NCBI GenBank assembly: GCA_039680575.1 | Contig: JBDKSP010000011.1 | Span: 15,985 to 79,984 of the forward strand | Reading direction: 5' to 3' | Length of the DNA stretch: 64,000 nt | Origin: Armatimonadota bacterium | GTDB taxonomy: Bacteria; Armatimonadota; UBA5829; DTLH01 | Part shown: positions 43,281 through 54,400 of the stretch, piece after piece | How the letters are laid out: every line of letters begins with the position of its first letter | Position numbering within the stretch: position 1 is the stretch's first letter | The notes under the pieces: model-generated | Database searches by the model: none | Told to the model about the DNA's origin: nothing | Seen by the model: the letters and a program-made list of their open reading frames with translations, nothing else | Program-made: the position numbers and the translations under genes

Positions 43281-43862
43281 ATGTCAAGTAAAGGTATAGC
43301 AACTGTAGGTGAATATCTGTACTGGTCGTACGCCAACTTGGGCATGGCACACGCAGCGTTGTCTAGTGGCGCTCATTCTTATGGCCGGGTTCACTATATA
43401 ATCCGCAACAAGCTCTATCGTGGGCTGGTCAACGGTACGATGCATCTCGGCTCACTAAAGGAAGACGAGAGGTTGAAGCTTGTTATGCCACAAGCTTGCT
43501 GTTATTGTGGTTCCATAACAGAACTGACGCTGGATCACTTGATACCAACAAGCAAGGGTGGAAAAGATACAGCAGACAACATTGTCTGGGCGTGCAAGTC
43601 ATGCAATAGTTCCAAGGGTGCGATGGATGTGCTGGAGTGGCACGAAAAGACGAGCAGATTCCCATCGGTATTGCTGCTCCGACGTTATCTGAAACTTGTT
43701 ATCGAGTTTTGCGATTGCAACGGATTAATGGAATCAAACCTAAATGATCTGCTTCAGCTTCCATTTTCTCTTAGGTGCATACCTCAAGAGTTTCCCGAAC
43801 TTAATACATTGAAGTTATGGGTTATTCCTATCTGCAATGGTAGCTTAGTCTCACCGCTGTAG
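43281..43862 (+). CDS. HNH endonuclease
   Basis: CCYCG...LTLDHLIP.SKGG.D..DNIVWACKSCNSSKG; likely start MSSK at 43281. Confidence 0.88.
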   Translation: MSSKGIATVGEYLYWSYANLGMAHAALSSGAHSYGRVHYIIRNKLYRGLVNGTMHLGSLKEDERLKLVMPQACCYCGSITELTLDHLIPTSKGGKDTADNIVWACKSCNSSKGAMDVLEWHEKTSRFPSVLLLRRYLKLVIEFCDCNGLMESNLNDLLQLPFSLRCIPQEFPELNTLKLWVIPICNGSLVSPL

Positions 43863-44012
43863 CAGTGTTAATGTATACCTAAGATTCTGTCAGAGTTTTC
43901 ACCGCGACAAATTCCCTCCCTCCATGCTAAAATAACCTAAAGAGTTTCAGGCGATTGGCTGCTAACTGAACAGCTGAGAGTCGATAAGTATAACGAAATT
44001 AGAGGTTTTGCA

Positions 44013-44666
44013 ATGTCGCATCATCATGATCACGGCTGCGATTGCGGTTGTGAGGAAAACATCAAAGTACTCTTCCAGGGAGACAGCATTACGGACTGTG
44101 ACCGAAGCCGCGATGACCTGAAATGTTTGGGCCATGGCTACCCAATGTTCATCGCCTCCCGGTATCTGGCGAAACATCCCGAATATCCGGTGGAGTTCAT
44201 AAACCGAGGTGTCAGCGGCGACCGTTCGCGTGACCTTAAGGCTAGGTGGGACAAGGACTGCATCGAGATCCAGCCCGACCTGGTGTCTATTCTTGTCGGA
44301 ATCAACGATGTCTGGCGCAGGTACGACAACAATGACCCGACATCTGTTGACCAGTTTGCCGATAACTGCCACGATATCCTTACGAGAACGGTAGAATCGA
44401 CCGATGCCGGAATCATCCTTCTGGAGCCATTCCTTCTTCCGGTCATGGATGAACAGGATGCATGGCGTGAGGACCTTGATCCCAAGATTCAGGTAGTCCG
44501 GGCGCTGGCGCGCGAGTTCGATGCTTCGCTCATTCCGCTGGACGGTTTGTTCGCCCAAGCCTCAACAAAGAGAGAACCCGAGTTCTGGTCTGCTGACGGC
44601 GTTCATCCCACCTTTGAAGGTCATGCACTGATTGCTCAGGCCTGGCTGGATGCTGTAGATATTTAA
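44013..44666 (+). CDS. SGNH/GDSL hydrolase
   Basis: FQGDSITD, NRGVSG, GIND, DGVHP. Confidence 0.93.
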   Translation: MSHHHDHGCDCGCEENIKVLFQGDSITDCDRSRDDLKCLGHGYPMFIASRYLAKHPEYPVEFINRGVSGDRSRDLKARWDKDCIEIQPDLVSILVGINDVWRRYDNNDPTSVDQFADNCHDILTRTVESTDAGIILLEPFLLPVMDEQDAWREDLDPKIQVVRALAREFDASLIPLDGLFAQASTKREPEFWSADGVHPTFEGHALIAQAWLDAVDI

Positions 44667-44691
44667 AAGAAAGGCTGCCTGAGTAGAGTAT

Positions 44692-45660
44692 ATGCTTTTA
44701 GAATACAATCACCCGTCAGTCAGATTGACCGGACGCTGGTACTGCGATTCGGAGAAACGTGCTTCCACCGTCTGCACAGGGTCGAGTATCGATATTGCAT
44801 TTAAAGGCGGATACGCCCTGCTTTTCTTCGATACGTCGACCAACATCGATCCGTTTCCGCATCTCTGGTTGGAACTCGATGGAAATGGAAGGGTCGAAGC
44901 GCCTCTCGACCGTATACTCAGAGTCGAGGCTGAAGGACAGGGACAACATCACCTCAAAGTCATCTTCAAATCTGCCGTCGAGCTTCAAAACCGCTGGAAA
45001 GAGCCGATTCAAGCTGTAATTCGCTTCAAAGGAGTAGAGGTAGAAGACGCAGCAGAGCTGTCTTCGGAAGAGAAGCCTGTAATCGAGTTCGTAGGGGATT
45101 CGATTACCGAGGGAATTCTTATCGATGTAGAGCACTGCCCAGCAGCAAACTACAACCAGAGAATATATCAGGATGACGCATGCGCTACTTATGCATGGCT
45201 TGCAGCCGAGAAGCTTTCGATGCAGCCGGTGATGATGGGGTTCGGCAGAATCGGTGTCACGATAGATGCGAACGGCGGAGTGCCTGTGATTCAGGAGTCC
45301 TATCCGCTTTGTTATGAAGGAGCGCCGCTCACGGATAGTAAACCCAAAGCGATAGTCATCAATATCGGCACGAATGATATGTCTGCACCGCTGGATGACT
45401 TCAAAAATGGTTATATTGCCCTGCTGAAAGCGATACGTTCGAAAAACCCCGATGCAGGGATATTTGCGTTATCTCCGTTTATCGGCTATTTCGAGGAAAG
45501 CCTGCCTGGTATAGTCGCTGAATACAACGATACGTGCCACGATGATGTCAAAGTTATCAGCACGGCAGGATGGCTGCCTAAAGAGCCCATGCACCCGCGG
45601 AGAGACGGGCACAAACGCGCGGGGAAACTCCTGGCGGAACAATTGGCAAAATCGATATAA
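44692..45660 (+). CDS. SGNH/GDSL esterase with N-terminal beta domain (CE2-like)
   Basis: IEFVGDSITEG, NIGTND, HP..GH. Confidence 0.82.
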   Translation: MLLEYNHPSVRLTGRWYCDSEKRASTVCTGSSIDIAFKGGYALLFFDTSTNIDPFPHLWLELDGNGRVEAPLDRILRVEAEGQGQHHLKVIFKSAVELQNRWKEPIQAVIRFKGVEVEDAAELSSEEKPVIEFVGDSITEGILIDVEHCPAANYNQRIYQDDACATYAWLAAEKLSMQPVMMGFGRIGVTIDANGGVPVIQESYPLCYEGAPLTDSKPKAIVINIGTNDMSAPLDDFKNGYIALLKAIRSKNPDAGIFALSPFIGYFEESLPGIVAEYNDTCHDDVKVISTAGWLPKEPMHPRRDGHKRAGKLLAEQLAKSI

Positions 45661-45723
45661 GCAAGAGGCAGTCCTGTAATTCAAAAACGGGGCTGCCTCA
45701 CATCATATTCTCAGTGGCTGAAC

Positions 45724-46248
45724 CTACTTCACGCCCAGCTTGGCAAACTCAGCTTTCAGTGTATCTGCGCTTACTTCACCGATGAATATCGCCTTGATTA
45801 CTCCGTCTTTGTCGATGATAAAGGTAGCTGGAACACCCTCGATACCGTAATTCTCGATCACATCGGCACCTGCGTCCGTTCCCGCGAATGCGTTCTGGTA
45901 TTTGACGGAGTATTCCTTTACGAATTTTTGAGCGCTTTCAATGCTGCCATCTACGCTTACGCCGACAACATTTATTCCCTTGGATTTGAGATCGTCGTAT
46001 ACTTTGTTCAGGATCGGAGCCTCATTCTGGCAGTGAGAACACCAGCTTGCCCAGAAAGCCAGCATGGTGGGTTTATTGGTATAGTCGGACAGCTTAATGG
46101 TTGATTTCCCATCGACACTGCCGAGCGAGAAATTCGGAGCCTTCTCGCCCACGGACACGGCCGCTGAAGCCGTGGGGGCGAGGACCAGCATAACAGTTAC
46201 TACCAGCACTAATGCCGATGCCAAAGCCGACCTGTTATATAGCATCAT
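45724..46248 (-). CDS. TlpA/ResA-like thioredoxin (redoxin)
   Basis: Signal peptide, G..APNF, FWASWCSHC, P.TFIIDKDG. Confidence 0.92.
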   Translation of the reverse strand: MMLYNRSALASALVLVVTVMLVLAPTASAAVSVGEKAPNFSLGSVDGKSTIKLSDYTNKPTMLAFWASWCSHCQNEAPILNKVYDDLKSKGINVVGVSVDGSIESAQKFVKEYSVKYQNAFAGTDAGADVIENYGIEGVPATFIIDKDGVIKAIFIGEVSADTLKAEFAKLGVK

Positions 46249-46366
46249 ATCTCACCTACTGCTAACAGCATTGCCCCACTTGTAGTACTGTTACCCGTTT
46301 ATTGTTGCAATTGCAGCATTTGAATAAATGGGATAGTGCTGACGGCTGAAAACTGAATGCTGATAG

Positions 46367-48649
46367 CTAACGAAGCAGTTCTCTGAGCAGGAATGCGGCG
46401 CCCTGTTTATCGAGAGGTTCGTTGTTGTTACCGCATTTGGGCGATTGGACGCATGACGGGCAGCCGTCCTCGCAGCGGCAGTCTTCTATGGCTCTCAGAG
46501 TGGCAGCCAGAACTTCATCCAGCCGGTAATATGCCGTTTCGGATATGCCTACTCCGCCGGGGTGGGCATCGTAGATGAAGATAGCGGGCAGGTTCGATAC
46601 ATCGGGATGAGCCGGGTGCGACACGCCGCCGATGTCCTGCCGGTCGCACATAGCGAAAAGCGGTAATATCCCGATGGCAGCGTGTTCTATCGCATGGATA
46701 CTGCCCGCGAGGTTGAACCCTCTTCCAACGAGTTTACCGGCAAGCTCCTGTGGGATCGAAAACCAGACCGATTGCGTCGGAAAATCGATCTCTGGCAGGT
46801 CGAGCGGCACATGCTCGATCATCTCGTCGGTGAACAGCTTTTTGCGCCTGAAACCGGTCACCTTGCTCGTGACCTGCACATCCCCCTGATAGGCTGTGGT
46901 CTTGAAGAAAGGTTTTTCGCCGAGTGTTTCTTTCTTCATGATCCAGGTCATAGAGCTTGGCACGGTGTAGTAGTTCAAATCGGCGGGATGCACATACGCC
47001 GTTCTTTCGCTTACATCCAGCTTTTCGACGATGTAGGACTCGCCGCCGTGAAGGTAGACCGCTCCCTGGTGGATAGTCTCGAAGGCGTTGGTCGCGTCGA
47101 CCGTTCCGAGGAAAGTCATGCGCCTCACGTCGACAATATTATAGCTGTCGCTCGATGTCGAACGGATGTTGACCTCTTTGGCCGGGTAGGTGTCTCCGGT
47201 CCAGTACCATCTGCCTCGATACGCGAGCTCACCGGCTTCACCGAGCGTTGCAAGCACTTCGTATAGCCGTTCGCCGAAGAGCGCCACTTCATCATTTTCG
47301 ATAGGCAGCTCATAAGCCGCGCAAAGAGCGTGCGCGGCAAGAAGATATGGGTTTTCCGGGTCGATTATCGCTTCCTCATGTGTGTGTTCGAAGAAATAAT
47401 CGGGATGGCGCATCAGAAACTGGTCAATAGGGTTGTCGATGGCGACAAGGACTGCGAGCGATGATTCTTTGGTCCGCCCGGCGCGTCCGGCCTGCTGCCA
47501 GGTACTTGCTATAGTGCCGGGATAGCCCGTCATAATCGAGGCGTCGAGGTTACCGACATCGATCCCCAGTTCGAGCGCCGTTGTGCTTGTCACTCCGAGC
47601 AGATCGCCTCTGAACAGCCTGTGTTCGATCTCCCGCCGCTCTTCCGGCCTGTAACCGGCCCTGTAGGACATGATTTTGTCCGCTGCAGGCGAATGGTGGT
47701 CTTCCAGCGACTTTTTCGCGTATCGGAGGATTAGTTCAGCGCTTTTGCGTGCGAGAGTGAAGACTATTGTCCTGACTCCGCTTTCGACCAGCTTGATAAA
47801 GATGTTGACGGCTTCCGTATTGGCGCTTTTTCGCTCGCCGTTTTGCCCGATAAGCGGAGGGTTCCAGAATATGAAATACTTTTCGCCGGATGGAGAAGTG
47901 TCCTCATCTATGACTCTGGCTTCGAGCCCCGTCAGAGATCTGAAATGATCGCTGGGGTTGGAAATAGTTGCCGATGCGCTGATGAACTGCGGGTTTGTGC
48001 CGTAGTGCGCAGCAATTCTTCTCAGCCTGCGGATGATATCCGCGACATGCGACCCGAACACACCGCGATAGGTGTGAATTTCATCAATTACCACGTATTT
48101 CAGGTTCCTGAAGAACGATGCCCAGTTAGTGTGATACGGCAGAATGCTGACATGGAGCATATCCGGGTTGGTGAGTATTATGTGTGAGTTCCGCCTGATC
48201 TGACCTCGCAGGTAAGACGGAGTGTCGCCGTCATAGGTAGCTGAACGCTGCGCTGCTTCGATGGGATACCTTTTGATTTTGCCCAACTGGTCCTGAGCGA
48301 GAGCTTTTGTTGGGAATATATAAAGCGCGCGCGCATTTTGGTCATCAATGAGCGTTTCCATCACTGGGATGTTGTAGCAGAGCGTCTTTCCTGAGGCTGT
48401 GGAGGTGACGACGACCACGTTTTCGCCACGGCGTGCAGCATTTACCGCTCCGGCCTGGTGCGCGTACAGCTCGAGCACCCCGTCGTTTTTGAGCGCTCTT
48501 TCTATTTCATCCGGCAGAGGATCATCCAGATTGCCGAAAACAGCGGGTCTCGCGGGGATATGCTCGATGTGGACTATCTGTCCGCGATAATCGGGATCAT
48601 TCTTCAACCTCTCGATAAATTCGTACGCGCGCAAGTAAAATCGCTCCAA
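46367..48649 (-). CDS. DEAH/DEAD-box helicase with C-terminal DUF1998 zinc site (YprA/MrfA/SftH/Hrq1 family)
   Basis: TASGKT, PTKALAQDQ, DEIH, QAGRAGR, C-terminal CRCEDGCPSC. Confidence 0.93.
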   Translation of the reverse strand: MERFYLRAYEFIERLKNDPDYRGQIVHIEHIPARPAVFGNLDDPLPDEIERALKNDGVLELYAHQAGAVNAARRGENVVVVTSTASGKTLCYNIPVMETLIDDQNARALYIFPTKALAQDQLGKIKRYPIEAAQRSATYDGDTPSYLRGQIRRNSHIILTNPDMLHVSILPYHTNWASFFRNLKYVVIDEIHTYRGVFGSHVADIIRRLRRIAAHYGTNPQFISASATISNPSDHFRSLTGLEARVIDEDTSPSGEKYFIFWNPPLIGQNGERKSANTEAVNIFIKLVESGVRTIVFTLARKSAELILRYAKKSLEDHHSPAADKIMSYRAGYRPEERREIEHRLFRGDLLGVTSTTALELGIDVGNLDASIMTGYPGTIASTWQQAGRAGRTKESSLAVLVAIDNPIDQFLMRHPDYFFEHTHEEAIIDPENPYLLAAHALCAAYELPIENDEVALFGERLYEVLATLGEAGELAYRGRWYWTGDTYPAKEVNIRSTSSDSYNIVDVRRMTFLGTVDATNAFETIHQGAVYLHGGESYIVEKLDVSERTAYVHPADLNYYTVPSSMTWIMKKETLGEKPFFKTTAYQGDVQVTSKVTGFRRKKLFTDEMIEHVPLDLPEIDFPTQSVWFSIPQELAGKLVGRGFNLAGSIHAIEHAAIGILPLFAMCDRQDIGGVSHPAHPDVSNLPAIFIYDAHPGGVGISETAYYRLDEVLAATLRAIEDCRCEDGCPSCVQSPKCGNNNEPLDKQGAAFLLRELLR

Positions 48650-48673
48650 ATAATATGCTTCCGGGATAACATC

Positions 48674-48712
48674 CTACCACGTGGACCCACTGGACCACGT
48701 GGAGAAGCACGA
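48674..48712. repeat. Third copy of the GTGGACC-N-GGACCAC palindrome with AGAAGCACGA tail
   Basis: CTACCACGTGGACCCACTGGACCACGTGGAGAAGCACGA. Confidence 0.8.
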
Positions 48713-48944
48713 TATTCACTAAACTAGGGTATTATGCCCTTATCGAGGGTGGAGGTCAAGCGGAAAAGCGAGGTTCAGGGGGTAGGGGATGATAAGAATA
48801 CTGGAGAAAACCGGTATATCTAGCAGTTGACATTTCGCTATGCTGATGATAGCCTTAGCAAGCTGCCGCTAAATGTGGCAGAAACGAATGCAGCTAATTT
48901 TCAGACACCGCATATAGTATTTTTATGGGGAACAGGAGTGAATC

Positions 48945-49640
48945 ATGGTATATTCTACTTTACGCTCAAGATTGTGCAGCGTGGTTATCTTAATTTTCAT
49001 ACTGCTTTGTTTTACCGCACTTCCAGTTAGCGCCGCGCAAGTATACTGGGCGGACTGGATTAACGGTACGGTGGGCAATAACGGGTCTGTATCCGGTGTA
49101 ATCAATTTACCCGGCAAGACATTGAGCTTGAGATATACTGGGCAGTCATACTTCATCACGACATCCGGCGGCACGAATTACTGGAATCCTTCTACGCCGT
49201 ACGTCAGCGCTATGGTCGGCAATCCGCCACCGGCGTCGGATATCATCGCCATAAGCGACACCTCTATGAGGACTTTGACATTCTCTGAGCCGGTACAGAA
49301 TCTATTCCTGGCGTTCGTGAGCCTGAATGGCAATGGATACAAGTTCAATCACGATTTCGAAATCGTAAGTACCGGCAGGGGATATTGGGGCGACGGAACA
49401 GTCGTCAGAGAAGACTTGGGCGGAAATCTATATGAGTTACGCGCGACAAGTAATGAACCGCATGGTGTGATACGGTTCAAGGATCCTGTATCCTCACTGT
49501 CATGGACATGCAATGTAAATGAGAATTGGCACGGCTTTACAGTCGGTACATACAATGTGCCTGAACCCGGCTCGTGCGTTGTGCTGGGAGGCGGCTTAAT
49601 GAGCCTGCTCGGATACGCTCTACGCCGCAAGAGAAGCTAA
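48945..49640 (+). CDS. PEP-CTERM sorting-domain protein
   Basis: Signal peptide; C-terminal VPEP + TM helix + RRKRS. Confidence 0.92.
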   Translation: MVYSTLRSRLCSVVILIFILLCFTALPVSAAQVYWADWINGTVGNNGSVSGVINLPGKTLSLRYTGQSYFITTSGGTNYWNPSTPYVSAMVGNPPPASDIIAISDTSMRTLTFSEPVQNLFLAFVSLNGNGYKFNHDFEIVSTGRGYWGDGTVVREDLGGNLYELRATSNEPHGVIRFKDPVSSLSWTCNVNENWHGFTVGTYNVPEPGSCVVLGGGLMSLLGYALRRKRS

Positions 49641-49669
49641 TCCCTTCAAGGCAAAATACAGATCTACAC

Positions 49670-49704
49670 TAGCCCCAGGTTTGCAGGAATGCATGCCTGG
49701 GGCT
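49670..49704 (+). terminator. Hairpin after the PEP-CTERM gene
   Basis: TAGCCCCAGG ... CCTGGGGCTA inverted repeat. Confidence 0.55.
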
Positions 49705-49749
49705 ATTATCATGTTCACTCTGTAACCTCAGCTATTGATTCCACGTCAT

Positions 49750-49837
49750 TACTTAATATATATTAAGTATATAGAGAAGTGATTATGCATTAAGTATATA
49801 GAGAAGTGATTATACATTAAGTATATAGAGAAGTGAT
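49750..49837 (+). repeat. 20-bp perfect palindrome plus 2.8 tandem copies of a 27-bp AT-rich unit upstream of the RND operon
   Basis: TACTTAATATATATTAAGTA (49750-49769); ATTAAGTATATAGAGAAGTGATTATRC at 49762, 49789 and 49816 (partial). Confidence 0.92.
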
Positions 49838-49851
49838 ATGGAGATTTGTAG

Positions 49852-51420
49852 ATGAAGAGATGGTTGAGCATTGTAATGCCTGTTTTTTTGTTAGGTTCGC
49901 TTGTCACCTGGCGGATTGCACAAAAAAAGGCTGAGAACGCCTCCCAGTCACAGCAAATGGGTGCAAGGATGAAGGGACCGGTATCGGTTGCTCTCGGAAA
50001 AGTCGAAATCAAAGACCTTTCAAGCACATTTGATGCGATGGGCTCGGTTGAAGCGCCTATGAGCGTAAAAATTGCTCCGAAAGTTACCGGACGCATAGAT
50101 TATCTTGATGTCCATGAAGGCGACCGGGTGCGAAAAGGCCAGGTCCTGGTGAAGATAGACGCATCGGACGTGGAGGCTCAAGTTCAACAGGCAATGGCTG
50201 CGGTGGCAGAAGCGCGCTACCGCCTTGCTCAGGCACAGATGACTCAAAACCCCACAGATGTTTCGATAAACACCCAGATAACTCAGCAAGGATCAGCGCT
50301 CGCAAGCGCCGCTGCCGATTACGATCAGGCGCAAAAGTCCGCCGATGCGCAGATTTTGGCAGCCGAGGCCAACTTAAAAGACTCTGGATCGAAAATAGAG
50401 AACGCAAAAGCCGCAGTAAACAGTGCTCAAGCCAATGTAGACAACGCGCAGACGAAATTTGATAGATCCCAGAGATTGTATGAGAAAGGCTACGTAGCCG
50501 CTCAGGATGTGGATGACACCAAAGCTGCTCTGACTGTGCAAAAGTCAAATCTGGAAATCGCAAATGGACAGCTCAAATCAGCAATTCTCCAAAAGGATGC
50601 CGTTGCAGAGCAGCTCAATGTGACGAAAGCTAAAGCGGTATCCGACATAGCGGCAGCTAAAGCCAAGCTCACTCAGACGCAGGCATCTTTGAAATACGCT
50701 ACGGCAAACACATCGCAGAAGAGCGCATATCGGCAGAGCATCGCTGCACTGAAAGCCTCTGTGGATGCTGCTATGGCAGGTCTCAGAAGCGCACAGGCTA
50801 AGCGTCAGGATACCATTCTTAGATCGCCTCTTGACGGCTTCGTTACCGGACGCTACGCCGACCCCGGCGCAATCGCTTCGCCCACTCAGCCAGTGCTCGC
50901 AGTGCAGTTCACCAAGCAGATATGGGTGTCAGTATCTGTCCCGGAAGACATCTGTTCAAGAATTCATATAGGCCAACCATCCAAAATCAACTTCGATGCT
51001 TTTCCGGATAAAACATTCAGTGCGAGTGTGATACAGATCAACCCATCAGCCGATTCGATGAGCAGGCAGTTCACCGTTCGCGTCATAATGGCTAACCCGG
51101 ACAGCATGTTCAAGCCGGGAATGTTCACACATGTCTCTATAGAGACTGACCGCGTGCATAATGCAGTAGTAGTGCCGCGCGAAGCCGTACAGACTGACCG
51201 TGACGGCAAGTACGTGATGACTGTTGGGGCGGACAAAACGGCCAGACGTGTTCCTGTATCACCGCAGGGTGGGGACGACAGCTTTATCAACATAGGAAAT
51301 GCCCTGAAACCCGGCGACAGCGTAATTATTATGTCTGCGACGCCGGTTAAGGACGGTCTGAAGGTTAAGACCGGAGAGCAGCGCGGCAAGGGAGGCTTTG
51401 GGAAGGCAGGGCGTAAATGA
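49852..51420 (+). CDS. RND efflux periplasmic adaptor (long coiled-coil)
   Basis: I.PKVTGRI...EGDRVRKGQVL, LRSPLDG.V, extended alpha-hairpin, FKPGMF. Confidence 0.93.
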   Translation: MKRWLSIVMPVFLLGSLVTWRIAQKKAENASQSQQMGARMKGPVSVALGKVEIKDLSSTFDAMGSVEAPMSVKIAPKVTGRIDYLDVHEGDRVRKGQVLVKIDASDVEAQVQQAMAAVAEARYRLAQAQMTQNPTDVSINTQITQQGSALASAAADYDQAQKSADAQILAAEANLKDSGSKIENAKAAVNSAQANVDNAQTKFDRSQRLYEKGYVAAQDVDDTKAALTVQKSNLEIANGQLKSAILQKDAVAEQLNVTKAKAVSDIAAAKAKLTQTQASLKYATANTSQKSAYRQSIAALKASVDAAMAGLRSAQAKRQDTILRSPLDGFVTGRYADPGAIASPTQPVLAVQFTKQIWVSVSVPEDICSRIHIGQPSKINFDAFPDKTFSASVIQINPSADSMSRQFTVRVIMANPDSMFKPGMFTHVSIETDRVHNAVVVPREAVQTDRDGKYVMTVGADKTARRVPVSPQGGDDSFINIGNALKPGDSVIIMSATPVKDGLKVKTGEQRGKGGFGKAGRK

Positions 51421-54400
51421 ACATAGCCAAATTCGCAGTCAGCCGCCCGGTCGCGGTCATAATGCAGATCGCGGCACTGGTCCTTCTCGGCATCGTATGC
51501 CTGATGCGGCTTCCTGTAGACCTTTTGCCTGATGTCACAATGCCGACAGTCAGCGTGACCACACAGTGGCCGAACGTTGCGCCAGAAGAGATCGAGGCGC
51601 AGATTACACGTCCTATCGAACGCGCGGTTTCGTCAGCACCGGGAATGAACCAGGTCACATCTAGCAGCGTTACGGGCACTTCACAGGTGCGGATTCAGTT
51701 CCGATGGGGAGTCGATATCGGCCAAGCCGCGGTAGATGTTCTTCAGCAGGTGCAGCGCGCGCAGAGGTCGTTCCCATCCGACCCGACCATACAGAACCCG
51801 ACCGTACTCAAGATGGACCCTAACCAGATGCCGATTATCACCTACGCGGTGTCAGGTATAGATGATCCTGTAAAACTGCGCTCCCTGGTTGATAACCAAA
51901 TCACCCCGATGCTGGACTCGGTGGATGGGGTCGCGTCCGCGACAGTCTCAGGCGGCCAGCAAAGAGGCATCATAATAGATGTAGACCCTTACAAGCTGAA
52001 GGCGCATCATCTGTCGTTTTCGGACATCTCTAAACGAATCTCTCAGGAAAATGCAAACCTGCCTGCCGGTATCGCAAAAGAGAGCAACACAGAGTACACT
52101 ATCCGAAGCATTGGTTGGTTCAGGAGCATTAATGAGATCGGCAGAATCCCGCTCAAGTCTATCGATGGGGACCTGGTGCACTTAAGCGATGTCGCCAGTG
52201 TCCGTGACTCGCATTCAGAAACCAGGCTTTTCACCCGCATCAACGAAAGACCGTCCGTTGGTATCTCCATCACCAAACAAAGCGGAGCTAATACCATCAG
52301 TACAGCAGATGCGGTATTTCAACGGGTGAAGCAGATCGAAAAAATCTACCCGAACCTGAAATTCGGGCTTGCGAACGACCAGTCGCAGTTCATCAGGAAC
52401 TCCGTCAATAACGTGAGAGACAGCGCCATCATCGGCGGAATCCTGGCTATACTCATACTCCTCTTTTTCTTGAGGAATATCCGCAGTACCATTGTTGTAG
52501 CGCTTTCGATCCCGATTTCGATTATCTCGACGTTCGCGCTCATCTACATGTGCGGTTTTTCTATCAATACCATGTCCCTTGGCGGCATTGCGCTTGCTAC
52601 AGGGCTTATTGTCGATGACGCAGTTGTTGTTCTAGAGAATATATTCCGACACATAGAACGAGATAAGAAAACCGCAGCGGAGGCGGCTGTCAGCGGCACA
52701 TCAGAGATAATATCGGCCGTTGTAGCGTCCACCTGGACAGTAATGGTGGTCTTCCTGCCGCTGCTTCTCATAAAAGGCCAAGCTGGGCAGATGTATACGC
52801 AGTTCGCTCTTGTGGTCATCTTCTCTCTTGCTGTTTCGCTTCTGGATGCTGTTACAGTCGTCCCGATGCTGGCGACAAAGCTGATATCCGGTGAGGCGCA
52901 CTCGGAGAACCTTGCGAACGCAGCAGATCATCCGAATATTCTGATGCGGATGTTCCATCGCTGCGGAGAGTGGCTGAGCGAACTGGACAATGCCTATTCC
53001 AGGGGACTCCATTGGGCGATTCATCATAGATTGTGGACCGTATGCGGCGCGCTGGGGATTACTCTTATCTGTCTACTGTTCGCTACTCAGGTTGGCACGG
53101 AGCTTATGCCGAAAACTGACAGCGGCAACTTCAACGTAAACGTCAAAATGCCTATCGGCACCGCACTTTCTCAGACTAACAAGGCAATGACAGCCGTTGA
53201 AAACATAGTCATGAAGAACCCGGACGTCGAAACGACAATGACGACGGTCGGTTCTGGCGGAAACTTCAGAGCAGGCTCGGAAAGGCCGTATCAAGGCTCG
53301 GTTTCAGTGAGCCTAAAGGATAACCGGAGCAAATCTACAGCCGATATCATCAAAAGCCTTCGGAAATCACTGGGGCGGATACCGGGCGTAAATGCCCGGC
53401 CATCGCAGAACGACATTGTGACACAGATGATGACCGGCGGTTCTCAGAACATAGAAATCGATATCTTTGGCGATGATCTGACCACACTATCCTCAATCGC
53501 AAAAGAGATAATGGGGCGGCTCAGAGGCATAAACGGGCTTGAGAACCTGGACATTAACTGGCAGGAAGCAATGCCGGAAATCCAGTGGCGCATCGACCGG
53601 GATAAAGCCCAGCAGCTTGGTGTCAGTTTCACAGATGTTGCCGATACCCTGAGCACCGCGACAAACGGTGATATCGCAAGCTATTATCAGGAAAATGGAT
53701 TCCAGTATCCGATAATTGTGCAGTTGCCGGAAGCTGAACGGAAAACTGTATCGAAGATGAGCGATATCATTGTGAAAGCCAATGAAAACGCGCCTGATAT
53801 AGTCCTGAGTCAGGTCGCTGCACCAGAATACGCGATGGGACCCAGCGAAATCACCCGCATGGACCGGAAACGCTATGTGGCGGTTACTGGAATGCCGCAG
53901 GGACGCTCATCAGGCGAAATCAATGCCGACATAGAGAAAGCTATGGAAGGAATCGGTCTCCCGACAGGCTACTACTGGGACTGGGGAATCCATCAAAAAG
54001 AGACTGCGGAGGAGTTCGGCGGAATGACACTCGCTGTATTTCTGGCTATCGCTCTCATTTATATGCTTCTTGCGTCCCAGTTCGAGTCGTTCATACACCC
54101 GCTTACGATCCTACTTTCTGTCCCGCTGGCAGGAGCCGGCGTAGTGCTCGGTCTGTTCCTTACGAACAGGGCATTCGGATTGACTTCGTTTATCGGTGTA
54201 TTGATGCTCGTGGGAATCGTCGTCAAAAACGGCATTTTACTGGTCGACTACACGAATAAGCTGAGGGAGCGCGGGATCAAGCGTGAGGAAGCGCTCATTA
54301 CTGCAGGGAGGACAAGGCTTCGGCCGATCCTTATGACCGCTTCCGCAGCAATTCTGGGTATGCTGCCGCTCGCGCTTGCACTCGGCGAAGGTTCCGAAAT

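Noticed and set aside
48876..48892. sigma54-like promoter TGGCAGAAACGAATGCA before the PEP-CTERM gene
   Set aside because: GG-to-GC spacing is 11 nt rather than the required 10
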